A stretch of DNA of 32,000 bases from Moraxella nasovis (lineage in GTDB: Bacteria > Pseudomonadota > Gammaproteobacteria > Pseudomonadales > Moraxellaceae), in NCBI RefSeq assembly GCF_022701215.1, contig NZ_CP089976.1:150001-182000 (forward strand). Reading direction: 5' to 3'. The translations under genes and the position numbers were made by a program. A model generated the notes under the pieces. It did no database searches, had not been told where the DNA came from, and worked only from the letters and a program-made list of their open reading frames with translations. Positions 30,104 through 32,000 of this stretch are shown here, piece after piece. The stretch's first letter is position 1. Every line of letters begins with the position of its first letter.

Positions 30104-30130
30104 TTTGGGGTGTAGTGGTTACACCCCAAA
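30104..30130 (+). terminator. Hairpin downstream of ilvD (probable terminator, weak U-tract)
   Basis: Perfect 11-bp stem tttggggtgta (30104-30114) / tacaccccaaa (30120-30130) with a 5-nt loop. The following sequence, cttagttt, is only moderately T-rich. Confidence 0.6.
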
Positions 30131-30341
30131 CTTAGTTTAAGGCTAAATGCTTTTATCCCATTTATCTAAGCGGTTACATGGTTGATAGATTTTGGTGACA
30201 ATTTATCGTCCATTATCTGCCGACATACAAAATAATACCGCCGCCATAAATGACTAATCACTTAAAACAACGGTAGGTTAAATTACCTCATCAACCTAAT
30301 ATGAATCAACATCAAGCACATTGATGAAATCCATTAAAATC

Positions 30342-30657
30342 TTAATCAAACCGCCATGTATATACCGCATGATTGACAATCACACCATTAAGATTTTCGT
30401 TATTAGGGATAATACCGTGAAACTTAAAACCTAATCGCTGTGCAACTTTGCGGCTTGGGGAGTTATGCTCAGCAGCTCGAATTTGTCACACTTTTACGCC
30501 ATAGATGCGATGAGCGATATCCATTATTGCCTTAACCGCTTTGGTCATAATACCCTAGATAGTCTTTTTAAGCATGAACAATCTTGCACATTTGAATTGC
30601 AAAGCGTGGATGTACTAAAGTTAATGATAAGTTATCATCTATAGGATAATAAAACAT
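30342..30657 (-). pseudogene. Decayed GNAT (RimJ/RimL-like) N-acetyltransferase gene: in-frame stop plus apparent internal deletion
   Basis: Minus-strand translation from 30548 gives MTKAVKAIMDIAHRIYGVKV*QIRAAEHNSPSRKVAQRLGFKFHGIIPNNENLNGVIVNHAVYTWRFD*. This is the GNAT C-terminal pattern N..S.kv.e+lGF..eG, interrupted by TGA at 30488-30486. A possible N-terminal piece, MFYYPIDDNLSLTLVHPRFAIQMCKIVHA*, lies at 30657-30568. Total length is about 105 codons against about 170-190 for intact family members. Confidence 0.55.
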
Positions 30658-30937
30658 ATTTTTTGCTTCTTTATGTGTGGCAGCGATGAGTTCATCTGTT
30701 AAAACACAGCATAATAGTAACTTTTTTTTAACAAATAGCTGTATAAAAATTAACAAACAAAACATAGTTATAGACAAAGCCTTAATCCAAACAAGATAAT
30801 ATTGACTTTTCATTAACCAATCTTATCACAGCCATCACCACTTAACCTATTAAAGCTTATAAGCTTAGGGTGTTTTTGCTTGTGGTAAGTAAAAGTGTTT
30901 TTATTTTAAGCAAATAGGCGTCTCTTACGCTGCTTTT

Positions 30938-30967
30938 TATAAAGTTTTAGTTTATAAAGTTTTAGTT
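30938..30967. repeat. 15-bp tandem duplication in the AT-rich spacer
   Basis: tataaagttttagtt occurs at 30938-30952 and again at 30953-30967. Confidence 0.9.
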
Positions 30968-31051
30968 ATTCTTAGTATGTCTTTTTTAATTTATTATTTT
31001 ATTAAAAATTTTATTAATAACAACAATTTAGTGGTATAAAGATTTTTAAAT

Positions 31052-31861
31052 TTAAAATAAGTTTTTTTCGGTCAAATATTTCCAATAGCGTCTTGGCAGA
31101 TACTGAATGTGTAATTTGGGATTTTTTCGCTCTTTGATTGTTACATGGGTAAAGTATTTTTGCCAAAGATGTTGGTACTTTTTTTCATATTCGCTATGGA
31201 AATCATGTGGGCGTACCAAAGCATTTTCATCAACGTCAGTAATCAGTTGTACCTCAGCGTTCGGGTCATCTTTATCATAAAAAATACCATAACCACGCTT
31301 GACATCAAAGATTGCCCAACTTTGGTCAGCATAACGGTTCTTAAAATGATTAGACAGCAGTGGTAAGACATTAAAATCTGGCTCAACTCTAGCAAAATAC
31401 ACATCTTGCTCCATATGCTCAAACCGCACAAAAGCTTGCATTCGGTGGCGTTCTCGCCCAACCATCTTAATCAATTTTAAAACAGGCATTACATCAGTGT
31501 GCGTATAATCTTGCCACACATTGACATCTGGGCAAGCCAACTGATAACGCACTACCCCAAATAAATGACCATAGACAGTTGGCTGCTCGGATAAGAACGC
31601 CCATAATAATTGCCTAAAACCATTGTTACCAAACACGCTTTTAAGTTTATGACTAACCCTTTTGGCTTTATCCACATCACTTTTTACCACAAAAGTTGTT
31701 TGCCAAAGATTTGGTAAAAAGTCATGTTCAGCGATGATTGATATAATCTGAGCGTGCTGCCAATGATTCTCATACACAGCAAAAACAGCGGTCAGCCAGC
31801 CTTCAAAACTGCCGTCAAAAACCACTATCGGCGGCTCAACAATCGCAACTGAATTTGACAT
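31052..31861 (-). CDS. DUF4130 / TIGR03915-like 'probable DNA metabolism protein' (partner of a radical SAM enzyme)
   Basis: 269 aa. It has an N-terminal VFDGSFEGWLTAVF, a central HRMQAFVRFE, FNVLPLL..HFKNRYADQSWAIFDVKRGYG and a C-terminal YFTHVTIKERKNPKLHIQYLPRRYWKYLTEK. I recall these as the signature of the DUF4130 family. The assignment is from memory and needs an HMM check. Confidence 0.7.
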   Translation of the reverse strand: MSNSVAIVEPPIVVFDGSFEGWLTAVFAVYENHWQHAQIISIIAEHDFLPNLWQTTFVVKSDVDKAKRVSHKLKSVFGNNGFRQLLWAFLSEQPTVYGHLFGVVRYQLACPDVNVWQDYTHTDVMPVLKLIKMVGRERHRMQAFVRFEHMEQDVYFARVEPDFNVLPLLSNHFKNRYADQSWAIFDVKRGYGIFYDKDDPNAEVQLITDVDENALVRPHDFHSEYEKKYQHLWQKYFTHVTIKERKNPKLHIQYLPRRYWKYLTEKNLF

Positions 31862-31870
31862 ACTTTAAAT

Positions 31871-32000
31871 CTAAAACAACGTTAACTGCCCATGACGCTC
31901 ATCTTTGAACTTGGTTTGCGTTTGGGCGAGTATATATTGGCGAAAATTATCTTGGGTCAAATGAACCAAGTGTTCATTACGACCCCGTAAGGCGATAAAA
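31871..32000 (-). CDS. 3' end (42 codons) of the upstream gene in the same operon; possibly the TIGR03916-type radical SAM DNA modification/repair protein
   Basis: My translation of the only open minus frame is FIALRGRNEHLVHLTQDNFRQYILAQTQTKFKDERHGQLTLF*. The stop at 31873-31871 lies 9 nt before the ATG at 31861. The identity is inferred only from the known gene pairing, since the radical SAM motifs lie outside the window. Confidence 0.4.
   Translation of the reverse strand, partial: FIALRGRNEHLVHLTQDNFRQYILAQTQTKFKDERHGQLTLF

Overview
This is a chromosomal, mostly housekeeping window from an AT-rich gamma-proteobacterium. The proteins look Moraxellaceae-like, but that is inference from memory, not a search. 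I support about 31 coding regions. In order they are: asd (partial), an asparaginase-family gene, truA, infA, a carboxylesterase, a YpfJ-type Zn-peptidase, rimO, mipA, aceF and aceE. Next come two bacterioferritin subunits plus bfd, sdaA, two lipoprotein genes, argJ, xthA, an SDR oxidoreductase, sohB, a CPA1 K+/H+ antiporter and aspS. The last group is an LpxL-family acyltransferase, a glycosyltransferase-like gene, a 56-aa ribbon-helix-helix gene absent from the ORF track, a DksA/TraR-like zinc-finger gene, ilvD, a decayed GNAT pseudogene, a DUF4130/TIGR03915-like gene and the 3' end of the gene upstream of it. Several clear rho-independent terminators and a few promoter candidates are visible. 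I saw no rRNA, tRNA, CRISPR array, IS element or integrase. The outstanding anomaly is a block of about 1.05 kb (18179-19230) between xthA and the SDR gene. It has no cytosine at all for 621 nt, G homopolymers up to 66 nt and A/T-only stretches, and it replaces the 3' end of the SDR gene. It looks most like non-native sequence (an assembly or base-calling artefact, or filler) rather than biology, and needs read-level verification. I do not see a convincing new multi-gene system. The best candidate for uncharacterised biology is the translationally linked pair at the right edge (31052-32000), which is cut by the window. Secondary observations are a bacterioferritin pair with complementary active-site losses, an orphan RHH gene, a CxxC/CxxH DksA-like variant, a long structured AT-rich region upstream of ilvD, and a GNAT gene remnant.
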